Position numbers and translations under genes: made by a program
In this document: in pieces, positions 1 through 8,589 of the stretch
How the letters are laid out: each line of letters starts with the position of its first letter
How positions within the stretch are numbered: the first letter of the stretch is position 1
Notes under the pieces: generated by a model
Databases searched by the model: none
The model's input: the letters and a program-made list of their open reading frames with translations, nothing else
Told to the model about the DNA's origin: nothing
Assembly (NCBI GenBank): GCA_965267575.1
Contig: OZ254086.1
Location: 2,816,001 to 2,880,000 of the forward strand
Source of the DNA: Calditrichales bacterium
Lineage (GTDB): Bacteria; Calditrichota; Calditrichia; Calditrichales; J004
DNA length: 64,000 nucleotides
Reading direction: 5' to 3'

Positions 1-227
1 TTTATGTCACGGACCAAATCGGATAAGGCGCTGTGCGGGCGGTAACCAATCAACAGATGTATGTGATCGGACACGGAATTAATAGCCAAAATGAGTTGAT
101 TCCTATTCTTGACAATCCCGATTATGTATTTATGAATGTCCTCTTTATGTTTTATCGGTAAGGTGCGTGATTTGTGTTTGACGGAAAAAATTACATGGAT
201 ATAGATTTGGGTAAATGTATTGGCCAT
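1..227 (-). mobile_element. tnpA: IS200/IS605-family Y1 HUH transposase, probably REP-associated (RAYT/TnpA-REP); 3' part runs off the window
   Basis: Manual translation from ATG 227: MANTFTQIYIHVIFSVKHK...AINSVSDHIHLLIGYRPHSALSDLVRDIK. It has the HUH motif DHIHLL and a typical Y1 N-terminus. Not in the ORF track because it is truncated. Confidence 0.88.
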
Positions 228-316
228 AGCTCACTTCCTTACAACGAGTTGGCAAAAAAATGACGCGCCGAATATATGATTTGTTTTGATACCGTGCTAA
301 ATCGTCGCGCCAAAAA

Positions 317-737
317 GAGCCCGATGGGGCTGGGTTGGGCGGTGGATGGTAATATTGCTCTATGACGGACCAGCCCTGCGGGCTTAGGTTACGTTGTGCC
401 TTTACGATTTACCGGTTTGATGTGGACGTTTTAAAATGTTATGCAAAATGTTTTTAACACTCCAAACACCAGCATCGTTAGATGCGAACTGTCATAGCAA
501 CACGTACGCAATAAATAGGCAGCGCCATCGGTGCGGTCATCATTCCAACCTATTTGGTGTACCCCGATGGGTCTGGCGTTACATTATTATCCGCTTTTGC
601 TATGACGGACCAGCCCGATGGGCTTTTGGTTCGCAGCTCCTTGGGCATTGTGGGATAGGCCGGAGGTTTGAGTTAAAACGCAATTTACCTAGTAAGCCTC
701 TAAAAGGGGCACGGATAGATGCGGAAAGTCATAGCAA
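317..737. repeat. REP cluster (family (TG)CTATGAC-N4-6-GC-rich hairpin) in alternating orientations
   Basis: Plus copies: CTATGACGGACCAGCCCTGCGGGCT 360-384 and TGCTATGACGGACCAGCCCGATGGGCT 598-624. Minus copies: AGCATCGTTAGATGCGAACTGTCATAGCA 471-499 and 709-736. Degenerate hairpins at about 318, 520 and 560. Confidence 0.75.
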
Positions 738-941
738 TGCTACCGAATTTCTGAAGCACTGTAGGTATTTTCAAAAAACAATAAATTTTACCATTTTCGG
801 TTATGGCCGTTGACGGATTTGTGAACTGGGTCAATAGGTTAAAAATGAGGTTGTTTTCATTCATATCGGTACATATATTGCCCATTATTTTTTTGTATCA
901 CTATAAAACATACCCACATTAACCTAACCAGGAGGACAATC

Positions 942-2141
942 ATGAAGATTGTTGCTACCCTTGTTGTGCTGTTATGTGTTTCTTTCGGTTTTTCACAATC
1001 TATTATTATTTCTGAGATTATGCAGAATCCTGATGATGTGACCGACGCGAATGGCGAGTGGTTTGAGTTGTATAACGCCGGGATTTCCGCAGTAGATATT
1101 AATGGCTGGACAATCAGTGATCTTGGTACCGACAGTCATACGATTAGTAATGGTGGACCGTTAACAATTCCCGCCGGTGGTTTTTTAGTTTTGGCTAGAA
1201 ATGCTAATACTGTTGAAAACGGAAATCTCCCCGCGGATTATGAGTACTCCAGTTTCACCCTCGGAAATACGGATGATGAAATCATATTAACTGATGACTT
1301 ATCAACAGAAATTGATCGCGTTGAATATGATGGCGGTCCAAACTGGCCCAGTCCTTCGGGCGCTTCCATGGTCTTCATCGGTGCTCCCGGTTCGGACAAT
1401 AATGATCCCGCAAACTGGACAACAGCAACGGTAAGAGAAGCTAATTATGGTACTGGTACAGATTTTGGTTCTCCCGGAACGAATGGTTCTGATCAATCAC
1501 TCCCAGTAGAACTCAGCCTGTTTGCCGCCAATGCCGGTGACAGCCGCGTTACTCTCAAGTGGGTTACCGCTTCCGAGATTGACAACCAGGGCTTTGCCAT
1601 CCTGCGCAGCCTGGAAAAAGAAGACGGCTACGAAGAGATTGATTCATATACCCGCAATGATGCCTTGCGCGGTGCCGGTACCTCTTCTTCCGAAAACAGT
1701 TATAGCTATACCGACCGTTACCTGAGCAACGGTGTTACCTACTGGTACAAGCTGGTCGATGTGGATGCTAACGGCGTGCGCACCGAGCATGGTCCCGTTT
1801 ACGCCACACCTCATGTTGAAAGCGTGAAAGACGTGGGCGGCAACCTGCCTAAAAAATTCGAGCTGCTGCAAAACTACCCCAACCCTTTCAACCCGGAAAC
1901 ATCCATCCGTTTTGATGTGCCGGCACTTAAGGACGGGGCGCTGGATGTTACGCTGGCGGTATTTAACAGCCGGGGCCAGCTTATTGCCACCCTGTTCGAA
2001 GGCGCAATCGATGGCGGCAGCTACAAAGCCACCTGGAACGGCCGCGACGACGCAGGCAACCTGGTTCCGTCCGGTGTGTACATTTACCGGCTGCAATCGC
2101 CCAGCTTTACCGAGAGTCGGCGCATGTTGCTTATAAAGTAG
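942..2141 (+). CDS. Secreted lamin-tail-domain protein with C-terminal T9SS-type/FlgD-Ig sorting domain
   Basis: Signal peptide; LTD motif IISEIMQNP..GEWFELYN..GWTISD; LPVEL linker; QNYPNPFNP...WNGRD..SGVYIYRL C-terminal domain; GGAGG RBS. Confidence 0.85.
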   Translation: MKIVATLVVLLCVSFGFSQSIIISEIMQNPDDVTDANGEWFELYNAGISAVDINGWTISDLGTDSHTISNGGPLTIPAGGFLVLARNANTVENGNLPADYEYSSFTLGNTDDEIILTDDLSTEIDRVEYDGGPNWPSPSGASMVFIGAPGSDNNDPANWTTATVREANYGTGTDFGSPGTNGSDQSLPVELSLFAANAGDSRVTLKWVTASEIDNQGFAILRSLEKEDGYEEIDSYTRNDALRGAGTSSSENSYSYTDRYLSNGVTYWYKLVDVDANGVRTEHGPVYATPHVESVKDVGGNLPKKFELLQNYPNPFNPETSIRFDVPALKDGALDVTLAVFNSRGQLIATLFEGAIDGGSYKATWNGRDDAGNLVPSGVYIYRLQSPSFTESRRMLLIK

Positions 2142-2145
2142 AGTG

Positions 2146-2183
2146 AATGTGTTAAGGTGTTAATGTTTTAAAGTGTTAATGTC
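2146..2183. repeat. Degenerate octamer tandem repeat (AATGTGTT x about 4.5)
   Basis: AATGTGTT AAGGTGTT AATGTTTT AAAGTGTT AATGTC. Confidence 0.6.
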
Positions 2184-2213
2184 GGCGGCAGATGCCGCAG
2201 CGGTGGCTTGAAT

Positions 2214-2242
2214 AATCCCGGTCTTTATGCCGGGATTTTTTT
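2214..2242 (+). terminator. Intrinsic terminator
   Basis: AATCCCGG-loop-CCGGGATT followed by a T run, between convergent genes. Confidence 0.75.
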
Positions 2243-2262
2243 ATGGATGTCCAAAATCTTGT

Positions 2263-2655
2263 TTAGGAATCTCCGGCCTGTTCCTGTAAGCCAAGCCATT
2301 GGCGGGCCTTTTGGGCATCCGTAAATATGCGGATATCCATGTTGCTGTCGGACATCAATGTCTGGTACATGCGCGCCAGGCCCATTTGCAGGTTGTTTTT
2401 AACCAGCAGGGCGTTTTTGGCGGGCAGGCTTTGCCGGCTGCTGCTCTCAATGTTGGTCATGGTCATCATCTTGTTGTAATCCACGTCGGCCTCGCTTACG
2501 CCGCTGCAGTCCCAGAATTCATTATAACCGGAGATCTGCTCCTCAAGCTGCACCAGCTCTGTTACCAGCTCAATCAGCTCGGCGCCGGTTACCGTGTCAT
2601 ACAGCTTGCCGTCCACAAGCTTTTTGTCATGATCCACATCAAAAGAATACGCCAT
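2263..2655 (-). CDS. STAS/SpoIIAA-like small protein
   Basis: D-x-S motif, GLARMYQ..IRIF..AxxWL ending typical of SpoIIAA-like proteins; ATG 2655 chosen as start. Confidence 0.6.
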   Translation of the reverse strand: MAYSFDVDHDKKLVDGKLYDTVTGAELIELVTELVQLEEQISGYNEFWDCSGVSEADVDYNKMMTMTNIESSSRQSLPAKNALLVKNNLQMGLARMYQTLMSDSNMDIRIFTDAQKARQWLGLQEQAGDS

Positions 2656-2821
2656 AATGATTGCCTTAAAGTTGCGATTAAAAATAAGGGGCAACTATTC
2701 GCTTGGCAATATTTTGGTTGAGGACGTGTTAATTTACATCACCATTATTTTCAGACATCCCGAAATATTTGTATTTCCGATCAAGTTAAACTAAACTTAG
2801 TTCACTTAAAGGAGTGGTGAA

Positions 2822-3061
2822 ATGCGCAAGATTAATATTCACGAAGCTAAGACAAACTTGTCCCGCCTTGCCGAAGAAGCAGAAGCCGGGGAAGAAATAA
2901 TAATCGCCAAAGCCGGTAAGCCCAAAGCTAAGCTGGGGCCTATTGATCAACCTAAAAAGAAAATTATTTTTGGTGCTTTAAAAGGAAAACTGCATATATC
3001 TGGCTATTTTGATGATGAACTACCTAAAAATATTCTGGACAGTTTTACGAAGCCTGAATAA
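2822..3061 (+). CDS. Type II antitoxin, Phd/YefM family
   Basis: NIHEAKTNLSRL..GEEIIIAKAGKP motif; overlaps the toxin start (TAATG). Confidence 0.92.
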   Translation: MRKINIHEAKTNLSRLAEEAEAGEEIIIAKAGKPKAKLGPIDQPKKKIIFGALKGKLHISGYFDDELPKNILDSFTKPE

Positions 3062-3444
3062 TGAGAATACTTCTTGACACACATATATTAATCTGGTCCT
3101 TGACCGCAAACCCTACCATGCCCCAAAAAGCTGTCGATATAATAAACGGTGCAGATAAGGTCTATGTAAGTGCCGCAAATATTTGGGAGATTGTAATAAA
3201 ACAATCCGTAGGCAAATTAAAAATCGACATAACGGGTTACGAACTGTTGGAAGCCATCAAAAATAGCGGTTTCGAATTTCTGGACATTAAACCTCAACAT
3301 GCGATTAAACTATTGTCCCTTGAAGAACACCACATAGATCCGTTTGACCGGATGCTCATTGCCCAAAGCCTGACTGAACCTTTGCACTTGCTTACGGTTG
3401 ATGACAAAGTGGCGCAGTATCATGGAAATATAATCAAGCTCTAA
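3061..3444 (+). CDS. vapC: Type II toxin, VapC/PIN domain
   Basis: LLDTHILIW, SAANIWEI, HxDPFDRMLIAQ and LLTVD PIN motifs. Confidence 0.92.
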   Translation: MRILLDTHILIWSLTANPTMPQKAVDIINGADKVYVSAANIWEIVIKQSVGKLKIDITGYELLEAIKNSGFEFLDIKPQHAIKLLSLEEHHIDPFDRMLIAQSLTEPLHLLTVDDKVAQYHGNIIKL

Positions 3445-3642
3445 AATTTTCACAGGTCTTTAAACTTCCTTTTCGCGATATAAAGCCTTTCCCTTACTTT
3501 GGCCGGCAATCTCTAAAACTATGCGACGGCCTTTGCCGGAGCTCGTAATTGATCTTAGCCGGAAGGTATCAAAATAACCGAGGGCAAAGTTTCTACTCAA
3601 TGGCGCCTTGCTGAAGTATAGAAGAAAAACTGCGTTAACATT

Positions 3643-4632
3643 CTAAAGCTTAACCCAAAAACTTCTGAAATACCGCGAGTCCTTTTTGGCCTCCTTACAC
3701 TCTTCGCCGCTTACCTCCATCGAACCATCGTCGCTAAGCAGTTGAATACTGCCCGGTCTTGAGCCATAAGCAATGATCGCTTCGGGGTTGAAGCCTGTAA
3801 AATCCGCGCCTTCAACTAAACCCGGCGCATCTCCGGGGTCTCCGCTCCAGACATACAGTTTGGAAACCCCGCCGCCATCGTATGGCCCGGCCACAATCAA
3901 ATACTTTTCCAGGGGTTGAACGTATTGAATGCTGCGAATGCCCATATTGTTTAGCGATAGCTTTATCGCCTCGCCAAAAACAGCCGTTTCCCCGGCTATG
4001 ACGTCGTCCGGATTCTGCAGTGCTATGATGAGGGCCATGCCGGCGGGTACAGGATTGCGGAAGCCGATTAAAAGCCGGCCGTCGGGCGTAGCGCAAAGCC
4101 CCTCAATATTCAGTGCCGCGTAATCTGTGGGCGCTTTTTGAGAAGCACTTTCGAAATTAAATTCTTCAAACTGCGGCGTACCGGCCAGTGCCTTTACGAG
4201 GTCCTTATAGGGCAAGCCGGCAGGCACGAGGGAAATACGGCCGCTATTAGCAACAATATCCGTCGCAAAGAATCCGTGACGTCCGGGGCGGTGCTTGCCC
4301 TTTTTGTTTCTCCCGTGAGAGGTGATCCAATAAATGCGGTTAGCGGCACGTGCCGCTCCTTCGATGTCCGCCTCACGATTCCCGTCAATATCCAGAAAAG
4401 CCGCCAAATCAACAGAGCCAACCGGACCGGCGTTCTTATCATTTTGGTAAATCCTGAGAATATTGTCTTCATCGTTTGCAACAACAAATCGCGATGGATC
4501 CAGGGCAATCGCGGCAGAAGCGTCACATATCTCCCTGTGTACGACAAATTCCCTGTTCGCGTCCGGAGAGCAGGATAGTTGAAAAGAAAAGCAAAAGGAA
4601 ATGGACAAAAAAAGCAAGAATCGTATAGACAT
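3643..4632 (-). CDS. DUF3616-like secreted/lipoprotein beta-propeller
   Basis: CDASAA..FVVANDE, DIEGA, ITSHGRN, LNIEGL and IGFRNP motifs; signal peptide with LSC. Confidence 0.7.
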   Translation of the reverse strand: MSIRFLLFLSISFCFSFQLSCSPDANREFVVHREICDASAAIALDPSRFVVANDEDNILRIYQNDKNAGPVGSVDLAAFLDIDGNREADIEGAARAANRIYWITSHGRNKKGKHRPGRHGFFATDIVANSGRISLVPAGLPYKDLVKALAGTPQFEEFNFESASQKAPTDYAALNIEGLCATPDGRLLIGFRNPVPAGMALIIALQNPDDVIAGETAVFGEAIKLSLNNMGIRSIQYVQPLEKYLIVAGPYDGGGVSKLYVWSGDPGDAPGLVEGADFTGFNPEAIIAYGSRPGSIQLLSDDGSMEVSGEECKEAKKDSRYFRSFWVKL

Positions 4633-4759
4633 AACCTTCCTTATAAAGCTGTTTTTGTATTGTTGACAGGAAATTAACGCCAACAATTTAATATCCTTTT
4701 GTCCGCTTTGGCAAAACAGGGGAAGGTGCCGTCTTAGAAACAGTCGTAGATTTTTAGTA

Positions 4760-4810
4760 TTGCTTTTCTAAATCTATTCTACTATACTTATAGTAATTCT
4801 ACTACTAGTA
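4760..4810 (+). promoter_or_regulatory. Sigma70-type promoter of blaI with palindromic operator
   Basis: TTGCTT(4760)-N17-TATACT(4783). The palindrome TACTAT-ACTT-ATAGTA (4780-4795) overlaps the -10, with a second related site TACTACTAGTA at 4800-4810. Confidence 0.6.
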
Positions 4811-4822
4811 ACAGAGGAAGTA

Positions 4823-5206
4823 ATGGCCAAAACACGTCTTTCCCCGTTGGAGCTGGAGATACTGGACAACATCTGGGGATTTGAAAAGCAGTGCACCGTG
4901 CGTGATGTATTGCAGAAAGCCTACCCCAAAGGCGAGAAAGCTTATACCACCGTGCAAACAGTCATGAACAATCTTTTTGATAAAGGCTACCTGAAGCGCG
5001 AGAAGATCGGCATGGTCAACTTTTACCAACCGCGGCAGCACAAAAGCAAGGTGCTGCAAAAAGAGGTAAGCCGCTTTCTTGATAAAACTTTTTCCGGCTC
5101 CTTCAACAGCATGGTCAGCTTTTTGTTTGAGGCCGACGCGCTGAGCCGGGAAGAAATCGATGAACTTAAAAAGCTGATCAACGAACGGGAGCAGGAAAAT
5201 GAGTAG
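4823..5206 (+). CDS. BlaI/MecI/CopY family repressor
   Basis: LELEILDNIW, AYTTVQTVMNNL..KGYL and LSREEIDELKKLI motifs. Confidence 0.93.
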   Translation: MAKTRLSPLELEILDNIWGFEKQCTVRDVLQKAYPKGEKAYTTVQTVMNNLFDKGYLKREKIGMVNFYQPRQHKSKVLQKEVSRFLDKTFSGSFNSMVSFLFEADALSREEIDELKKLINEREQENE

Positions 5207-6527
5207 CTTAATCAGCGGAATCAATGATATTGCTGCTGCCTGGTGGCCGCTGTGGCTGTCGGCGCAGCTGCAGGGCAGCCTGTTTATTGCTTTGGTGGTG
5301 ACGCTGCTTTTTCTATTACGGCCCAATCTGAAAAGCCACCGTTTGGCTTACCGGTTGATGTTCATAAAACTGGCTATCCCGCCACTCATACTACCTTTTG
5401 CCTTTTCGAGTGAATCACCGGTTAGCAGCGCTTTGTTGTTTATGGAACCCATTCTTGTCGGCAGTGAAAGCACAACATCGGCCTCACTTAGCCTGAGCGC
5501 GCTCATGTTCAGTGGCTGGTTTTTGATGGTAGTTGCGCTGATGTTTGCCTCACTGCTGCCGCTTTTGCGATTTCGCCGTTGGCTGAAGAACGCTGTCGAT
5601 ATTAGCGATCGTTTCCCGCGAAGCTGGCGTCTGGGCAAAGGCAGCGTGCTGCTTTCAACGCAGGTACATAATCCCTGCGTCTCGGGATTTATCACACCAA
5701 GAATTGTGTTGCCCGCCAACGCTGAGAACTGGGATAAGCAAACACTGGATTGTGTGGTTGCTCATGAAGTAGCCCACATCGAAAACAGAGACCTTCATGA
5801 GCGCTTTTTCCAGCAGCTTATTATGATTCTCTTTTTCCCCAATCCGCTGGTGTGGTTTATTCATAAGGGTTTTAACCGCCTGCGCGAATCCTACTGCGAC
5901 AGCTGGGCCATTGATTTTCTTTCTCTAAACAACGGCACCTATGCGGAAAACATTGTCCGCGCGGCGGAAGAGATGCAGGAAGGTCGCGCTCACTTTAGTC
6001 CGCAGATGGCCTTTTTCGCATCAAAATCGGAACTGTATAAACGCATTCACATGCTTGTAAAATCAAAGGAGGGTAAGATGAATATTTCCCGGCAACGTAT
6101 ATCCGTAACCACGGTTTTGGCCGTTGTCCTGCTGGCATTCGTTTTTTCATGCGATTATGGCACCACAAAAACGGAAGAAACCGCGGAAACCAAAACAGTG
6201 TCTTCAGATGAAACGGTTTACAAGTTTTTTGAAGTGACTACAAAGCCGCAGATGCAAAACAAAGTGGTTCCAAAGTATCCACAGGAAGCCCGTGATGCCG
6301 GTATTGAGGGGAAGGTAATTGTAGTTGCCGTCATCGGTGAAGACGGCTCTGTAACAGAGGCAAGAGTGATGAAATCGGTGCATGATCTGCTGGACAAGGC
6401 CGCCCTGGAAGCCGCTGCCCAAATGACGTTTACACCGGCCTATATTGATGGTACACCGGTGAAGGTGCAGATGGCCGTGCCATATCAGTTTACACTGTCG
6501 GAAGAGGCTGAGACAACCAAAGAATAG
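5199..6527 (+). CDS. BlaR1-like M56 metallopeptidase fused to TonB C-terminal domain
   Basis: TM helices; HEVAH zinc motif; FFPNPLVW..RESYCD; C-terminal PKYPQEARDAGIEGKV..LDKAALEA..FTPA TonB_C. Confidence 0.9.
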   Translation: MSSLISGINDIAAAWWPLWLSAQLQGSLFIALVVTLLFLLRPNLKSHRLAYRLMFIKLAIPPLILPFAFSSESPVSSALLFMEPILVGSESTTSASLSLSALMFSGWFLMVVALMFASLLPLLRFRRWLKNAVDISDRFPRSWRLGKGSVLLSTQVHNPCVSGFITPRIVLPANAENWDKQTLDCVVAHEVAHIENRDLHERFFQQLIMILFFPNPLVWFIHKGFNRLRESYCDSWAIDFLSLNNGTYAENIVRAAEEMQEGRAHFSPQMAFFASKSELYKRIHMLVKSKEGKMNISRQRISVTTVLAVVLLAFVFSCDYGTTKTEETAETKTVSSDETVYKFFEVTTKPQMQNKVVPKYPQEARDAGIEGKVIVVAVIGEDGSVTEARVMKSVHDLLDKAALEAAAQMTFTPAYIDGTPVKVQMAVPYQFTLSEEAETTKE

Positions 6528-6543
6528 TAAAGTGAGTAATTAG

Positions 6544-6571
6544 AAAAAAGGCGGGTTAGTCCCGCCTTTTT
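6544..6571. terminator. Bidirectional intrinsic terminator
   Basis: A run, then GGCGGG-TTAGT-CCCGCC, then T run, between convergent genes. Confidence 0.85.
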
Positions 6572-6598
6572 AGTTTGATTTGCTCGTCGAAAACGAAT

Positions 6599-6961
6599 CT
6601 ATTTTTTAAAGCTAATAAGCAACTGCACATATTTGCCGGGTTGGCCCTGCTGTTCCAATACCGCGTTGTAAGGTGCCAGCGCCTCGTTTACCCGGGCACT
6701 GATTTCCGGCAGTTCCGTCACATCGCTAAAGGCGGTGAAACTAATTGTAATGCTGCTCCTCGTTGCGTTAAGCGAAATGTGCAGGGATTGTTCGCTGAGC
6801 TGCTGCACATAATTAATGCAGTAATTAATCACCTTTACAAGCGGCGTTACATCTGCTGTCTCAATGGTGCAGTCAAATTCCAGGGCAAGCTCGGCGTCCA
6901 TCTGCTTCTGTTCTTTGATCATTAAAAGAAGATTTCGGAGATCAATGCTTTGGTTGTCCAT
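6599..6961 (-). CDS. Hypothetical protein (possibly degenerate HATPase_c-like fold)
   Basis: AAAGG RBS and ATG; alpha/beta pattern; no G-boxes. Confidence 0.6.
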   Translation of the reverse strand: MDNQSIDLRNLLLMIKEQKQMDAELALEFDCTIETADVTPLVKVINYCINYVQQLSEQSLHISLNATRSSITISFTAFSDVTELPEISARVNEALAPYNAVLEQQGQPGKYVQLLISFKK

Positions 6962-7083
6962 AACAACCTTTCGATTTGATTAAGGTTTATTTATACCAAA
7001 TTTAGCGGGCTATTAAAATACTACGTTTGACCATGAGCGAAGTAGTTATTCTGCAATAAAAAAATTTTAATGATTGTAGGAGG

Positions 7084-7741
7084 TTAATCATTAAACGCTA
7101 GTATTTTCCACGTGGGGCCTATCTTAGCAATAGTTTCAATGAACCACTCTTCTTGATTCCCTTCAAATTTAAACAGAATTTCTGACTTCCAATAACATTG
7201 ATCAGTTAGCTCTCCAATTTCCTTTGGCTTACCGCGCTTTAAACTAAGGAACTCCGCTCTTTGAAAGCCAGGTTTTGAATCTATTAGAAAGTTGTCCAAA
7301 CGAGAAAAATTATATTTAGCGAGCTTTTCAACAACAAAAAAATTGTTTCTCTTCCTAATGTTTTTTTGAATGTCTCTCCTTAAGACATCAATGAATTTTT
7401 TTAATGGCAATTGCAAAGAGTCGTTAATTGCAATAAACAGAATCAAGCTTTGGATGAAATAGGTTTATTACCTGAAGTAATTGAACCACTATTTGTAATT
7501 TGTATTTGTAATTAAACTCTTCAATGTTAAAATTATCTTTTTTAAGAGCTTCGTTGACCTGTAATAATTCTTCTTTCGTTAGGCCAAATTTTTCTATTTT
7601 ATCTACTTCATTAAATGAGGACGTAGATTTCAATTTTTGAATATAAGCAAAGCACAAATCTTCTGGGGTATCATAGTAATTTGTTTGGCAAGATAAGAAT
7701 AGAATAAAGATTGAAAAATAAAAAACGTTTCTAGCTTTCAT
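7084..7741 (-). pseudogene. AT-rich putative lipoprotein split into two overlapping ORFs (7424-7741 and 7084-7446)
   Basis: The first ORF has a lipobox (FLSC). The second has only a TTG start, no RBS, and overlaps the first by 23 nt in another frame. Confidence 0.4.
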
Positions 7742-7783
7742 ATAAACCCTTTTTTACTTGCTCATACGACCGTCGATTGACGA

Positions 7784-8476
7784 TTAGACAATATGAATTC
7801 CAATACCTTTATTAAACATTTTATTTTCGTCATCATACCAATCACCAATATGGTTTAATTCTATTATCTTTGATGTAGGCTTAGTATTTGACGCAGCAAT
7901 TAGTACCTCTAGTCTATATATTCCCGGCCCAACAAGATGCTGCAAACTATTAGGTTTTACTTCTAACTCAAAACCGAAAATGGTCTTCCTTTTATCAAAA
8001 GAAATGTCATCCTCATTTAGAAATGATGCTCTCCCGCTTGGTTTGATAATATATCCTAAGTCACAATGTCTTGACATATTCATGGCTATTGAAGGAAAGT
8101 ATGTGCTGCGATTAGAATGAGTCCATATCAAGTTCATTGGAATAAACGATTTAATCTTACGAAATGCACCATCTGGATGCTTTTTGTATAGATCTTTAGC
8201 TAACACTTCAATTGATTCGGCCTTTACACTTCCAACGTTTTTTATCAAAATTCGAAAAACATAGATATCTACTCTTTCTTTATAATTAATATTGCGCTTG
8301 GTACGCTCACAGTTTGGTGGACTTAAATTACATTCGATTTCAAATGAAGGTTTGAATATTACGGCCTTTAGCCAGTCGCCAAAAACCGCTATTATTAGCG
8401 CAACAACCGCTGCCAAGAATGTTGCGATAACAAGCCACCATGTTACATTAATGAGTTCTTGATTTGTGTTAACCAT
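7784..8476 (-). CDS. Hypothetical protein with N-terminal membrane anchor, AT-rich
   Basis: AGGAAAG RBS before ATG 8476; single TM followed by a beta-rich soluble domain. Confidence 0.7.
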   Translation of the reverse strand: MVNTNQELINVTWWLVIATFLAAVVALIIAVFGDWLKAVIFKPSFEIECNLSPPNCERTKRNINYKERVDIYVFRILIKNVGSVKAESIEVLAKDLYKKHPDGAFRKIKSFIPMNLIWTHSNRSTYFPSIAMNMSRHCDLGYIIKPSGRASFLNEDDISFDKRKTIFGFELEVKPNSLQHLVGPGIYRLEVLIAASNTKPTSKIIELNHIGDWYDDENKMFNKGIGIHIV

Positions 8477-8589
8477 TACTTTCCTAATTAAAATTTTAAA
8501 ATATAAGTAATAAAGGCTCTTAGGCACGCCTGATTTAATTTACTTATAAATATAAACAGCCCGCCAAAAAATACAACTACAAAATTCCG

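Noticed and set aside
317..737. Possible CRISPR array
   Set aside because: The repeats alternate in orientation, vary in sequence and are irregularly spaced, and there are no cas genes. REP elements explain them better.
436..885. ORFs 436-813 and 700-885
   Set aside because: They run across the REP cluster and promoter region, with no RBS or recognisable motifs.
3445..3640. Short minus-strand reading frame (..GRRIVLEIAGQSKGKALYREKEV) as a gene remnant
   Set aside because: No start context or family I can recognise, so it is unsupported.
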